Source: Candidatus Bathyarchaeia archaeon (lineage in GTDB: Archaea; Thermoproteota; Bathyarchaeia; 40CM-2-53-6). Taken from it: a stretch of 64,000 nt of DNA. The notes under the pieces are model-generated. The model was not told the DNA's origin and made no database searches. It saw only the letters and a list, made by a program, of their open reading frames with translations. Positions within the stretch are counted from its first letter, which is position 1. Each line of letters opens with the position of its first letter. Shown in pieces: positions 24,878 to 34,067 of the stretch. The DNA is taken from assembly GCA_050013255.1 (NCBI GenBank), contig JBEKFP010000001.1, positions 864,001-928,000 on the forward strand. The letters are read 5' to 3'. The position numbers and the translations under genes were made by a program.

Positions 24878-27673
24878 CTAGCGTGATGCGGCTCTCTTTT
24901 TCATCCTTCGCTGACCCAAGAAGAGGACAACTGGGACGGTGACGATGATCATTGCAGCTGCGACCAAGACGAGTTGAGTTAATGTATCGGAAGATGAATT
25001 TGATTGTAGTTGCAGTCCAGACGTTGTTGGGGTCAGGACGCCGAGCACTCCGATGGCGGGTAACGTGAACCAGACGTTGCCTTTACTGTCCACTGCGAGC
25101 AGCTGCACGTCTGAGGAGGGGTTTGGTATGGGGAATGTGTCAACTCTGCCGTTGGTTAGGTCTAGGGTGGCTATGGCGTTTCCAATGTGCTCTACGAACC
25201 AGACTCTATTTCGTTGGTAGAATGCCAACCCAAACGGGAAGGCTTGGTTGTTCGACAATTGATAGGTCTTGAAGGTTTGATTTGCGGGGTCGAACATTGT
25301 TAGGCGATTTCCGCCATGCTCCGTGATCCATACTTCTCCGTCGGGGCCAATCGCAATGCCAGTTGGGCCAAGGAGGGTGGAATTCGAAACTGGGAATTCA
25401 TTTATAGAATCAGTTAAGGGATTGAGCCTGCCTATTTTCCCGCCCTTCGATTCCGTAAACCAAACGTTTCCATGTTGGTCAACGGCCACTTGGATAGGGA
25501 TTGAGTCGTTCGTCGGAATCGGGAATTCTGTTATCACTCCTGTACTGGAAATTAGGCGTCCAATCTTTCCTGCGATTTCTTCCGTAAACCAAACGTTTCC
25601 ATTTGCGTCAGCGACAATCCCTCCGGGAACGGCCCCAGTTGTGGGTATGTTGTATTCATTAAAAGTGCTAGACTTCGTATCGAATCGTACGATAAGGTCG
25701 TATTGAGTGTCCGAAATCCATATGGAGCCATTTTGGTCGGCAGTCAGGTAAAATGGTCTTGAACCTGCCCGGGTAAGCGCATGCTGTCTTAGTGTCCCCG
25801 TGGCAGGGTCGTAGCTTGCTATCTGGCCTGTTCCTGATTCAGCAAACCAGACTAGGCCGCGATTGTCGACTGTTATGCCGTACGGTTCCGAACTACTCGA
25901 CAAGGGCAGTTCGGAAAATCTAACCGAAAGCGCGGGGACGTCTATCTGGAACGGAACAATTACGTCGTACCCTTCCGTTCTTTGTGCCCATACCTCCAGC
26001 CGCCAATTACCGGCAAAACTCAGGTAAGTGCCGTCGAAAGAGTATGCTCCTTGGTTTGGCTGAGCTGTCGCGGTTGACACGCCGAGATTCCTATCGAGAT
26101 AGTTGAATTTCATCGAGACGGATTTAACGTTCGTTACTGGCGTGCCTTGTGGATTAGTGAAATCCACTTCGAAATGGTTATCCCCCACTTGGAAGGGGTA
26201 GATCTTAACAGTCACGTTGACTCCTTCAATTGAGTAGCCTCGGAGAACCATCGAGCCTGCTTGGTACTGCGGCGCGGTTGAAGTCTGCCGCACAGGGGAA
26301 CTAGCGGTGAGAACTCCCACTACTAGGAGCAAAATTATACCAAGTGTAATCTCCGACCGAACAGAGATTCTGAATAGGTTAAACAGACGCCCAACTTGTC
26401 GCTTACCCGCTCGTGATTTAGAAGTGGCGCCAGCGATATGGTCGTATAATGCAAATTGGTTGATGGCGCCGAATGTGATCATTGGGGCAAATATGCAGAG
26501 CTTGACGAGAAGAATTTGGCCGTACGTCGTCGAAAATAGTGCGGACAAACTTCCCACCTCCAACAATAGGTTGTAAAGTCCAGTTAGCCCGATCACGCCC
26601 ACGCTGACTAATGCCACTGATGAGAATCGTCTGATTAGCTCGGCCAGAAGCCTTCCTTTCATGTCCTTGAGCGCCGTAAGGGCAAGGGCCAGGTAGGCCA
26701 ATCCTCCTACCCAAGCGCCAACCGCAACGAGATGAATCCAATCAGAAAGAAGATTCAGCAACGGGAAATAGGTTGATGCTGCAGCATTATGGCTTGTCAG
26801 GCTAGTGGAAAGTGAAAGAAGCAACCCAATTGACAGAATTAGACTCCAACTTGCCCTCGACTGCTTGGTTCTTAGGATGACAGTTGACGCACAAATCGCG
26901 GCAAGTACTGTTGCCATTCGAAACGTCCAGTATGCTCCAAGTCGAGTCGAGGAGAGGATCGTAAACGCCTCACCCGCAATATCAGTCAGTGAGCTGGACC
27001 CGGCGACTGCGAAGGCTTGGATGATTAAGGATAAGATTGTCGCAATTAAGGCGATAACGGTGGCTCCCGCAATCATTCGCCCCGAGCGAGGCATCATTTT
27101 GCGATTAAGAGAATCTGTGATTTTGTCTCGTGAGTTCGTAACCGTAGGAATCCATACGATGAGAGCGAAGATGCTTCCTCCGAGGAAGACTGCGTCGGCG
27201 AGAAGGTTTAGCCAACGGTCGACAACTTCGAGGAGTGAAGGAAAGGAATACGCAGGGGTGCTATTCGGTTGGACGTTTATTGTTACGTTGCCGACGCCAA
27301 AAGGAAATGAACCATTGGTATGATGCCCGTCGACCGCAGAAATTGCATGCCAAGTGACAGTATACACGCCAGGCGGCAAAGTCGCTAGACTTATGGTAAG
27401 CACAGTTGGGTCCGTTGGGTCAACATGATAACCAGTGTCTACTTCTTTCCCACTTGAATCGTAAACTGCCGCCCCAGTGAATTTCGGTTCAACTTGCTCG
27501 CTGAAGACGAGAGTGATTTGGTGAGGAGCTGTAGGGAGGACGCTGTTAGCAGGCGGGTCTGATCTTATCAGGTTGGCGTGCGCATAAACGGGAGCAAAGA
27601 GTCCTGCTAACAGTAGGAGAATGGCTGCTGCGATGAGGATAACGGGCTTACTGCTCATAGTGGCTCGCGACAT
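24878..27673 (-). CDS. CopC-CopD-YtkA-like-Vgb beta-propeller fusion protein
   Basis: YA|HANLIRSDP...SAVDGH (CopC); SLTSH, DWIHLVAVGAWVGG, LLVKL (CopD); Ig-like domain; about seven P.GI.VD..G.VWFTE repeats; C-terminal TM. Confidence 0.88.
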   Translation of the reverse strand: MSRATMSSKPVILIAAAILLLLAGLFAPVYAHANLIRSDPPANSVLPTAPHQITLVFSEQVEPKFTGAAVYDSSGKEVDTGYHVDPTDPTVLTISLATLPPGVYTVTWHAISAVDGHHTNGSFPFGVGNVTINVQPNSTPAYSFPSLLEVVDRWLNLLADAVFLGGSIFALIVWIPTVTNSRDKITDSLNRKMMPRSGRMIAGATVIALIATILSLIIQAFAVAGSSSLTDIAGEAFTILSSTRLGAYWTFRMATVLAAICASTVILRTKQSRASWSLILSIGLLLSLSTSLTSHNAAASTYFPLLNLLSDWIHLVAVGAWVGGLAYLALALTALKDMKGRLLAELIRRFSSVALVSVGVIGLTGLYNLLLEVGSLSALFSTTYGQILLVKLCIFAPMITFGAINQFALYDHIAGATSKSRAGKRQVGRLFNLFRISVRSEITLGIILLLVVGVLTASSPVRQTSTAPQYQAGSMVLRGYSIEGVNVTVKIYPFQVGDNHFEVDFTNPQGTPVTNVKSVSMKFNYLDRNLGVSTATAQPNQGAYSFDGTYLSFAGNWRLEVWAQRTEGYDVIVPFQIDVPALSVRFSELPLSSSSEPYGITVDNRGLVWFAESGTGQIASYDPATGTLRQHALTRAGSRPFYLTADQNGSIWISDTQYDLIVRFDTKSSTFNEYNIPTTGAVPGGIVADANGNVWFTEEIAGKIGRLISSTGVITEFPIPTNDSIPIQVAVDQHGNVWFTESKGGKIGRLNPLTDSINEFPVSNSTLLGPTGIAIGPDGEVWITEHGGNRLTMFDPANQTFKTYQLSNNQAFPFGLAFYQRNRVWFVEHIGNAIATLDLTNGRVDTFPIPNPSSDVQLLAVDSKGNVWFTLPAIGVLGVLTPTTSGLQLQSNSSSDTLTQLVLVAAAMIIVTVPVVLFLGQRRMKKRAASR

Positions 27674-27685
27674 CTGAGTTGGGAC

Positions 27686-28366
27686 TTATCTCCTCTTCTT
27701 GGATCGCGTTAAGGCTGCGGCCCCGACGGCTATCCCAATAATCCCAACAACAACGCCGACCCCTGCGACTGTGTAAGCGGTTCGAGCATCACTCTGCAAT
27801 TGTGTAACTTGCGATTGCAAATTTGCAAGCCCGACCTGAAGGTCGTGTCCTGCAGGAATCTGTTGCGGGAATTGAACTTCGGACGGAGGGTCGACGCATT
27901 CAAACGTAGTTGGGCCACACGTGAACGTTTCGTTGACCGGAACATTGTTCACGTTTCCGAAAATCCGGAATGAGTAAGATCCTGCAACAGTAGGCTCAAT
28001 GTTAGCGGTATACTCACCATTGAATACGGGAGGCACATCGTTCGATAAGTTGGGCGCGAATGTTAGGACTTGTGACTGCCCGCCGGTTATGACCTGGACC
28101 TGCAGGCTTTGGTCAAGGCCGTAGACTGGACAACTTGTACTTACTGTGCCCTGTGGGCACGTTGCGTTGACATAATGTGCCCAGAAATCAATGGCGTTCA
28201 CTTCATCCACATAGGGCGGCTCGATGACCCAACCTACGACAAACTCGACCTGTTGTCCGTTGATTGTCAACACTCTATGTGTATGAGCGAAAGCTTGAGG
28301 AGCGCTAACGAGAATTATCACACCGATCAGCAACAGTGACCCAAGCGTAACCAGTCTAAATCTCAG
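27686..28366 (-). CDS. Exported membrane-anchored putative Cu/Ni-binding protein (mature N-terminus His-Thr-His)
   Basis: Signal peptide AFA|HTH; VGW..EPP, PTVAGSYSF; coiled coil and C-terminal TM. CTG at 28366 behind AGGGGTGG restores the basic n-region. Confidence 0.7.
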   Translation of the reverse strand: MRFRLVTLGSLLLIGVIILVSAPQAFAHTHRVLTINGQQVEFVVGWVIEPPYVDEVNAIDFWAHYVNATCPQGTVSTSCPVYGLDQSLQVQVITGGQSQVLTFAPNLSNDVPPVFNGEYTANIEPTVAGSYSFRIFGNVNNVPVNETFTCGPTTFECVDPPSEVQFPQQIPAGHDLQVGLANLQSQVTQLQSDARTAYTVAGVGVVVGIIGIAVGAAALTRSKKRR

Positions 28367-28459
28367 TCTAAGCCACCCCTTGTTGCGTTAACCTAATCGC
28401 TTGTTAAGTTCATTGGTACAAATTAAACTTCAAAACTCGCGTTACGTGTGATTGAACAG

Positions 28460-29239
28460 TTATCCATGAAATAAGCCTGCGAGATACATTGAGTAGAACC
28501 CAATTAGCGAAGCTATGACATAGATCGGGGCGCTTTCTTGATCAACAAAATTGGGTATTAGTTTGTACTCGACGTAGACGGCCGCTGCGCCTCCTAACGC
28601 AAAGAAATATGCTGAATTTATCGGCGTCAAGAGTGCAAGGATCGACCCAATAATGGTTGGTATTCCGGAAACCAAACCTAGAATGAGAATGCGCGGGGTC
28701 TTTGACTTCGCAAAGGCTGCTACCACACCAATAACGAATCCCTCCAGAAACTTGTGCAGAACATACGCAACACCAGCCGAGAACCCTCCGATGGCGTCGA
28801 GTATGTTCGTTGTCGTTGGTATTAACGAACCAATCTCTATGCCTTCTCCTAAAGCATGAAATCCTATTCCCAGCGCTACCAGTACAGCTATCGCGTAAGA
28901 AATCTCCGTCGTGCTAATGCGTTTTTCTCTACGGGCTTTGTTAGCAGATGATTTTGAATAAGCTTGCTCGAGGCCAAAGAGGGACAACAAACCTATGGCG
29001 AACAGTGCAGCCAAGATGGCGTGGTCTAAACCGCCCCCGAAGCCTTGGTTCACATCAAGTAGAACAGCGTCGTTCATAACATCGAGAAAGAACCAGAAGA
29101 TAATGCCCGCGGAAACAGCCATCAGCATTTTCAATCGTCGAATCGAGTTGCCGGAAATCACAGGGGGCAAGAAAAGCCCGACAAGGAGAGGGACGAAGGT
29201 AGCGACAACACCAGCAACGAAACTTGTTGGGTCTACCAA
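28460..29239 (-). CDS. ZIP-family divalent metal transporter
   Basis: About 8 TM; GIGFHALGEGIEIG and LHKFLEGF correspond to the TM4/TM5 metal motifs. Confidence 0.78.
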   Translation of the reverse strand: MVDPTSFVAGVVATFVPLLVGLFLPPVISGNSIRRLKMLMAVSAGIIFWFFLDVMNDAVLLDVNQGFGGGLDHAILAALFAIGLLSLFGLEQAYSKSSANKARREKRISTTEISYAIAVLVALGIGFHALGEGIEIGSLIPTTTNILDAIGGFSAGVAYVLHKFLEGFVIGVVAAFAKSKTPRILILGLVSGIPTIIGSILALLTPINSAYFFALGGAAAVYVEYKLIPNFVDQESAPIYVIASLIGFYSMYLAGLFHG

Positions 29240-29293
29240 TGAAACACCCAGGCCTGTAATGAGGCGTAGAACATGAGTCTTTCCCGTCAGCTT

Positions 29294-30382
29294 TCAATTC
29301 TTCGGCTGCTTAGCTCTCTGCTCGCAAATGCTTTGGTTGTATTTCTCGTCGAATCGCCTATATTTCCAATAGCCTAGAGAAACGAGCCAAGAGAATACAA
29401 AGATGATTATTATCAGAAACCCGATCGTTTCAAAGTCGAGGGCACCAAGCCAATTCCAGAACACACCTGTGAAATTCAGTTCGCTTGCCACAACTTGGAG
29501 AAGTTCAACGGTGCCGATTGCAAGTGCCACAAGGACGGAAATGACTGTTACCGTTAGGTTGTAGTAGATTTTGCGAATGGGGTTGATGAAAGCCCAACCG
29601 TAGGCGAGACGCATTGCCACGCCGTCGGTCGTATCGATCAAGACCATTCCACACGTGAACATGAAAGGTAAAACAAGAATCATCCAGATTGGTAGGGCAG
29701 ATGAGACTCCGATTCCGACACTAATCGCAATTAATGCGATCTCGGTAGCGGTATCAAAACCTAGCCCGAATAGGACTCCGATTGGGTATATGTGCCAAGG
29801 CCGCTTAACGAGTTTGAATAGAGGCCGAAAGTAACGGTTCAAGAAACCTCGCTTTTCTAAGAGGTTCTCAAGTTCAGATTGGTCTAACGTGCCTTGCTTC
29901 ATGACTTTGTAGATGCGGTAAATGCCGAGAACGATAACCAAGTTAACGATACCCATCAGCCACAGAAAGACTCCAGAAACCGTGGTGCCAATTATTGCGC
30001 CGCCACTCGCTAAGGCAGGTATATGGCCGATTACAGTTCGAGTTGCAAAGACCAGTGCCACGATGAGCGCAACAACAATAGTCGAATGACCCAGCGAGAA
30101 CCACAGGCCAACGGTGAAGGGGCGTTGGTTATCCTGTATCAGTTTCCGTGTAGTGTTATCAATCGTCGCGATATGGTCCGCATCCACGCCGTGTCGCAAT
30201 CCAAAAACGTAAGTTATGACTCCGAGTCCTGCGAGCAGAACAGAAAATCTGCCTATGATTGCTGAGGCTGTAAATCCCAGTAACGTTGCAACGCCAATCA
30301 ACAAATAGACAATGCAGATCCTGAGTTTTTCATTGAGCGATAGCCCCGCCTTGTGGTCTACGACGCCTTTGTCTCCAGACAC
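29294..30382 (-). CDS. NiCoT family high-affinity Ni/Co permease (HoxN/HupN/NixA)
   Basis: GLRHGVDADHI, FSLGHSTIV, LFGLGFDTATE, RKIYYN. Confidence 0.93.
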   Translation of the reverse strand: MSGDKGVVDHKAGLSLNEKLRICIVYLLIGVATLLGFTASAIIGRFSVLLAGLGVITYVFGLRHGVDADHIATIDNTTRKLIQDNQRPFTVGLWFSLGHSTIVVALIVALVFATRTVIGHIPALASGGAIIGTTVSGVFLWLMGIVNLVIVLGIYRIYKVMKQGTLDQSELENLLEKRGFLNRYFRPLFKLVKRPWHIYPIGVLFGLGFDTATEIALIAISVGIGVSSALPIWMILVLPFMFTCGMVLIDTTDGVAMRLAYGWAFINPIRKIYYNLTVTVISVLVALAIGTVELLQVVASELNFTGVFWNWLGALDFETIGFLIIIIFVFSWLVSLGYWKYRRFDEKYNQSICEQRAKQPKN

Positions 30383-30508
30383 CTTTCGGGGGACCTCCTA
30401 TTCACGATTCGAGGGAGCAACGCCTTCATGACTCTTGTAATTTTCTGTTTCGGCTCGCATTCTTATTAGATTCTGGTTCTTGGAGAGTAGTCGTGGAGAA
30501 GCCGCCAT

Positions 30509-31054
30509 TTGAAAATCAAGAAAGTAATCGCGACGGTTGTCGTTGTTCTAATCTCGCTCGTTCTCACGGCCGCATTCTACGAATTGTACCTGTACAACGT
30601 ATATCTAACGAATCGCTACCTTAGCAATAATCTCATAGGCGGTCAACAAATCCAAATTGTTGTGGTAATCATTCCGCCTGGTGCTGGCTCAGATCCGCGT
30701 CTGGGGTTCGAGCCGGCCGTTATCAGCATTGTTATCGGCGTGAACAATACCGTAACTTGGAAGAATGAGGACTCGACTTGGCATACCGCACATAGCAACA
30801 TCCCCGAATTCTATTCCAACTATATCGAACCGGGAGGAAACTTCACCCATAACTTTCAACAGCCCGGAATCTATCCTTACCATTGTGATCCACACCCCTG
30901 GATGACTGGTAAGATTACGGTCTTTCCACCTTCTACGAATGGGACAACAGTAGTGCTCTGGACATCAACTTCCATGCCTCAAATGCTCAGTGCGACTCTC
31001 GTATTCTCCAATCTGCCAAACAAATCGAGAGCAGCATGTCCAATTAAATCGTGA
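30509..31054 (+). CDS. Membrane-anchored type-1 blue copper protein (plastocyanin/amicyanin-like)
   Basis: N-terminal TM; W.NED..WHT and YHCDPHPWM (His, Cys, His, Met ligands). Confidence 0.88.
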   Translation: MKIKKVIATVVVVLISLVLTAAFYELYLYNVYLTNRYLSNNLIGGQQIQIVVVIIPPGAGSDPRLGFEPAVISIVIGVNNTVTWKNEDSTWHTAHSNIPEFYSNYIEPGGNFTHNFQQPGIYPYHCDPHPWMTGKITVFPPSTNGTTVVLWTSTSMPQMLSATLVFSNLPNKSRAACPIKS

Positions 31055-31055
31055 A

Positions 31056-31082
31056 GGCAGCTTCGGCTCGCGAAAGGCTGCC
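31056..31082. terminator. GC-rich hairpin between convergent genes
   Basis: GGCAGC(31056-61) pairs with GCTGCC(31077-82) immediately after the cupredoxin stop. Confidence 0.3.
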
Positions 31083-31118
31083 ATTGAGTAATGTATGCTC
31101 TGGCGGATAGGCTGTGTA

Positions 31119-33104
31119 TCACGTACGGCGTCTTCGAGCGCCAGTTTTTCTTCTTCGTTGGCGTGCTCTGGTGCTAGGTCTGCGAACGCCTCTTTTTACT
31201 AGCAGCCATGCAAGGGCGACACCTACGAGTATGCCAAGAGAAGCTGCGAGGATCAAGTAAGTAGTGCTGACGTTGTTCGGCATCTGTTGAAACATTCCTT
31301 GTGAAGAGCTGCTCATCATATTGTTAGCCGTAGACTCGGCTTGTAGAACTGATCCCAACGCCGATTGATAGTCCATTTGATTGTATTTTGCGTCAGCGTC
31401 CATCAACTGGATGAATATCAAGCTGACGTCTGCTCCTCTTTGTGCCAATTGATTCATGGTTGATTGGACTTGGAGGTAGATGCTGTCGACCTGGGCCCGG
31501 CGCAGAGAATCCTTGTCCTCTTGCCCGAATGAATAATCCCACGTATAGTAACTCATAGGAGTCAGAATGAAGTTTCCTATTGGTCCAAAGTCGAAAGGAT
31601 GTGGTAATCCAAGCATGTGGCCCGATTCATGAATCACGTCATGCGTGAAACCCAAACCTTTGTCCGGTTGAGGTGGTGTTATCAGGTTGCCTCTTGCGAA
31701 TTCGTTCTGGCTGAAGGATACGAAGGCCATGTCTCCTAGTGCTACACCGCCTATCGGTGTAAGGAGCCATTTGTACGTGAAAGCCAGAGCTGTATCATTA
31801 CTGAAGGCGAACGCATAGACTGGAACCGTGTATTCAGTTCTATCGCGGCGGTAGTTTCGCTCGAAGATGTTGGTGTTGTCCTGGAAATACTTGTAAACTG
31901 GTCTTGCGTCGACTACGCCATACTGTTGCGGCTGAGCAAACTCAACTCCGAACGTGAATGAATTTTCATATTTGTAACTCGAATGGAGCATCGCCTGGAG
32001 TGAGGGATACTTTCCAAGGTCCTCGAAAGTCACTGAGACATCAATTTTCGAATATGGCAATAGGTCTTCAAACGCTTGCTTAATGACGTTAGCATGTATT
32101 GTTGAACGAATATCTACTGAACTCTTCTCATCTGCCGTTCTGTTGTCGAAGACGTGAATGTCGAAACTGTAATCTTGCGAGTACACTGGGTCATAAAGAA
32201 GGGCAGGAGTGATTAGGTTCTGCGTGGCTTGGGAGACGTAGTCCGCTAGGTATTCTGAGAACCATAATTTTCCATAGGGACTGTGAAGGTCATAATTGTT
32301 GTCTCTAAGTGCAATTTGGATGGGTAGCTCTTCAGGATCAGATATCCAGCAAGGGCCAGCGCTAAGGTCGTCAAACCAGAATCTATGTACGCCACCCCAC
32401 GCGGACATGAAATCACGGTTTCGCAAACGGTATCCGAGGTCGCTGTCGGTGTAACTAACCCCAAAGTAGTGCGCCGTGCCATTCGGCGTCCCGTACCTCT
32501 GCGAATTCAGGAAATCTTTGTAGTTCTGGAAATCATAGGACGGTAGTTCGGTGAGGTTTAGCCACATAAGTGTCCAACCGTTGGACGGAAAGCCTCCTAA
32601 GTCCTGCTGGTTGCTGTAAATCCAGTTCTCCGCTTTGTTCGCATCATATACGACGTAATTCATGGAGTGATATTGTTGAGATATGTAACCCGTTGATGGG
32701 TCCTGAACATAATAATAGAACCAAGGGTTCGACCCCGTCTTTGCGACTTGAATGGACTGCAGGTATGAGATTAGTTTAGACTTGAATGCGTCACTCGCGA
32801 AAGTGTAGCTATAGGCTACCTTGTAAACAACGCCGGTAAGGTAAGGCTGCGGGGATAATACCTGCCCATAGATCGTGGTTGGAACGTTCACATTCCATTT
32901 ACTGTAATCTAGGTCTACAGTCGCGGGGTCTATTCCAACAAAAACAACCTTAACTGGAATCGAAACCACGCGGCTACCGTTTGCGGGTGCGATAGAGCCA
33001 CCAATACCGTCGTATGGGTGCGTACTGGAGTAAGCTTGGGTTGGGGCCAACGCTAGCAGGCTAATGATTGTCAAGCACAATAGGACTGAACAACTTCGCT
33101 TCAA
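31119..33104 (-). CDS. Exported membrane-anchored zinc metalloprotease (metzincin)
   Basis: Signal peptide; HESGHMLGLPH (HExxHxxGxxH) and Met-turn TPMSY; C-terminal TM and Arg-rich tail. Confidence 0.82.
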   Translation of the reverse strand: MKRSCSVLLCLTIISLLALAPTQAYSSTHPYDGIGGSIAPANGSRVVSIPVKVVFVGIDPATVDLDYSKWNVNVPTTIYGQVLSPQPYLTGVVYKVAYSYTFASDAFKSKLISYLQSIQVAKTGSNPWFYYYVQDPSTGYISQQYHSMNYVVYDANKAENWIYSNQQDLGGFPSNGWTLMWLNLTELPSYDFQNYKDFLNSQRYGTPNGTAHYFGVSYTDSDLGYRLRNRDFMSAWGGVHRFWFDDLSAGPCWISDPEELPIQIALRDNNYDLHSPYGKLWFSEYLADYVSQATQNLITPALLYDPVYSQDYSFDIHVFDNRTADEKSSVDIRSTIHANVIKQAFEDLLPYSKIDVSVTFEDLGKYPSLQAMLHSSYKYENSFTFGVEFAQPQQYGVVDARPVYKYFQDNTNIFERNYRRDRTEYTVPVYAFAFSNDTALAFTYKWLLTPIGGVALGDMAFVSFSQNEFARGNLITPPQPDKGLGFTHDVIHESGHMLGLPHPFDFGPIGNFILTPMSYYTWDYSFGQEDKDSLRRAQVDSIYLQVQSTMNQLAQRGADVSLIFIQLMDADAKYNQMDYQSALGSVLQAESTANNMMSSSSQGMFQQMPNNVSTTYLILAASLGILVGVALAWLLVKRGVRRPSTRARQRRRKTGARRRRT

Positions 33105-33347
33105 GAAACACTTCCTCTCATTATTTCAAAATCAGCTTTTCCAAAAGACTGAGCAGACAATCCCGTGATGCCCAGCGAAAGGTTGGAGGGTTTAACATAA
33201 GACTTACTCTCAAATCATTCTCTCCATACGGAATCCGCTCGGTGTTGCGAGATCAAGTCAAGCCCGACTCGCCATTACCTTCATATTCGAACGAAAGAGG
33301 ATGAAAGCCTGAGTTCACCAACTGTTCAGTGGCTTGAGGCGTAGCTA

Positions 33348-33848
33348 TTGCCTAGAAGGAGAAAGAAACGCAAAAAGACCCTAGCGTTGCTTGCATTGAT
33401 CCTGATTATTTGGGCGGCTGGGGTCCTAGTGATTGTCGGCTTTAATCCCTTCAACATGCAGGGAACCGCCCCCACACCAGTTGTCGTAATAATTCAAGCA
33501 GGATCAGCCGAGAATCCTCGCCTGGGCTTCACACCGTCACTGATCAAAATAGTAATTGGAGTAAATAATACTGTCATCTGGAAAAATGAAGATGTGGAAT
33601 GGCATACGGCTCACAGCAACATACCAGAATTCGATTCGAAAATGATTCCACCGGGCACAAGTTTCACGCACACTTTCCAAAGGGCCGGATCATATCCTTA
33701 CCATTGTGACCCACACCCTTGGATGACCGGTCTCATCATAGTCGCGGGTTCAAATCCCATATTTGCGCAACAAACAGCACAATTAGGCATGCCACTGCAA
33801 GTCATGGCGCAAGTCTTTGTTAAGTCAAGTGACGGAACTCAACTGTGA
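33348..33848 (+). CDS. Membrane-anchored type-1 blue copper protein, paralog of 30509-31054
   Basis: Basic N-terminus and TM; WKNEDVEWHTAHSNIPEF and YPYHCDPHPWMTG. Confidence 0.88.
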   Translation: MPRRRKKRKKTLALLALILIIWAAGVLVIVGFNPFNMQGTAPTPVVVIIQAGSAENPRLGFTPSLIKIVIGVNNTVIWKNEDVEWHTAHSNIPEFDSKMIPPGTSFTHTFQRAGSYPYHCDPHPWMTGLIIVAGSNPIFAQQTAQLGMPLQVMAQVFVKSSDGTQL

Positions 33849-33988
33849 AAAAAGCAACCATCCCCTCCATAGTCCTTCTCATCGGGGCACTTCTGGCAGT
33901 TTCCATGCCAACTCATGTTAGTGCACACGTCACGGGTGGCGAGACCAAGATTTCTGGAAAATACCGGATACAATTCTTAGTCCTCTGA
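33845..33988 (+). pseudogene. Truncated exported protein (signal peptide plus mature His1), 47 aa
   Basis: GTG overlapping the cupredoxin stop (GTGA); MKKATIPSIVLLIGALLAVSMPTHVSA|HVTGGETKISGKYRIQFLVL*. Confidence 0.5.
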
Positions 33989-34067
33989 TGACTCCTTTCA
34001 GGCTTGGCTACCAACCGAATGGAATCTAAGCAACTTCCTTAGCAATTTACGGTAAGGGCTTTCTCAA

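Noticed and set aside
30383-30508. Second NikR-type operator upstream of the NiCoT gene
   Set aside because: A TTATTA half-site exists but no partner at 16-nt spacing.
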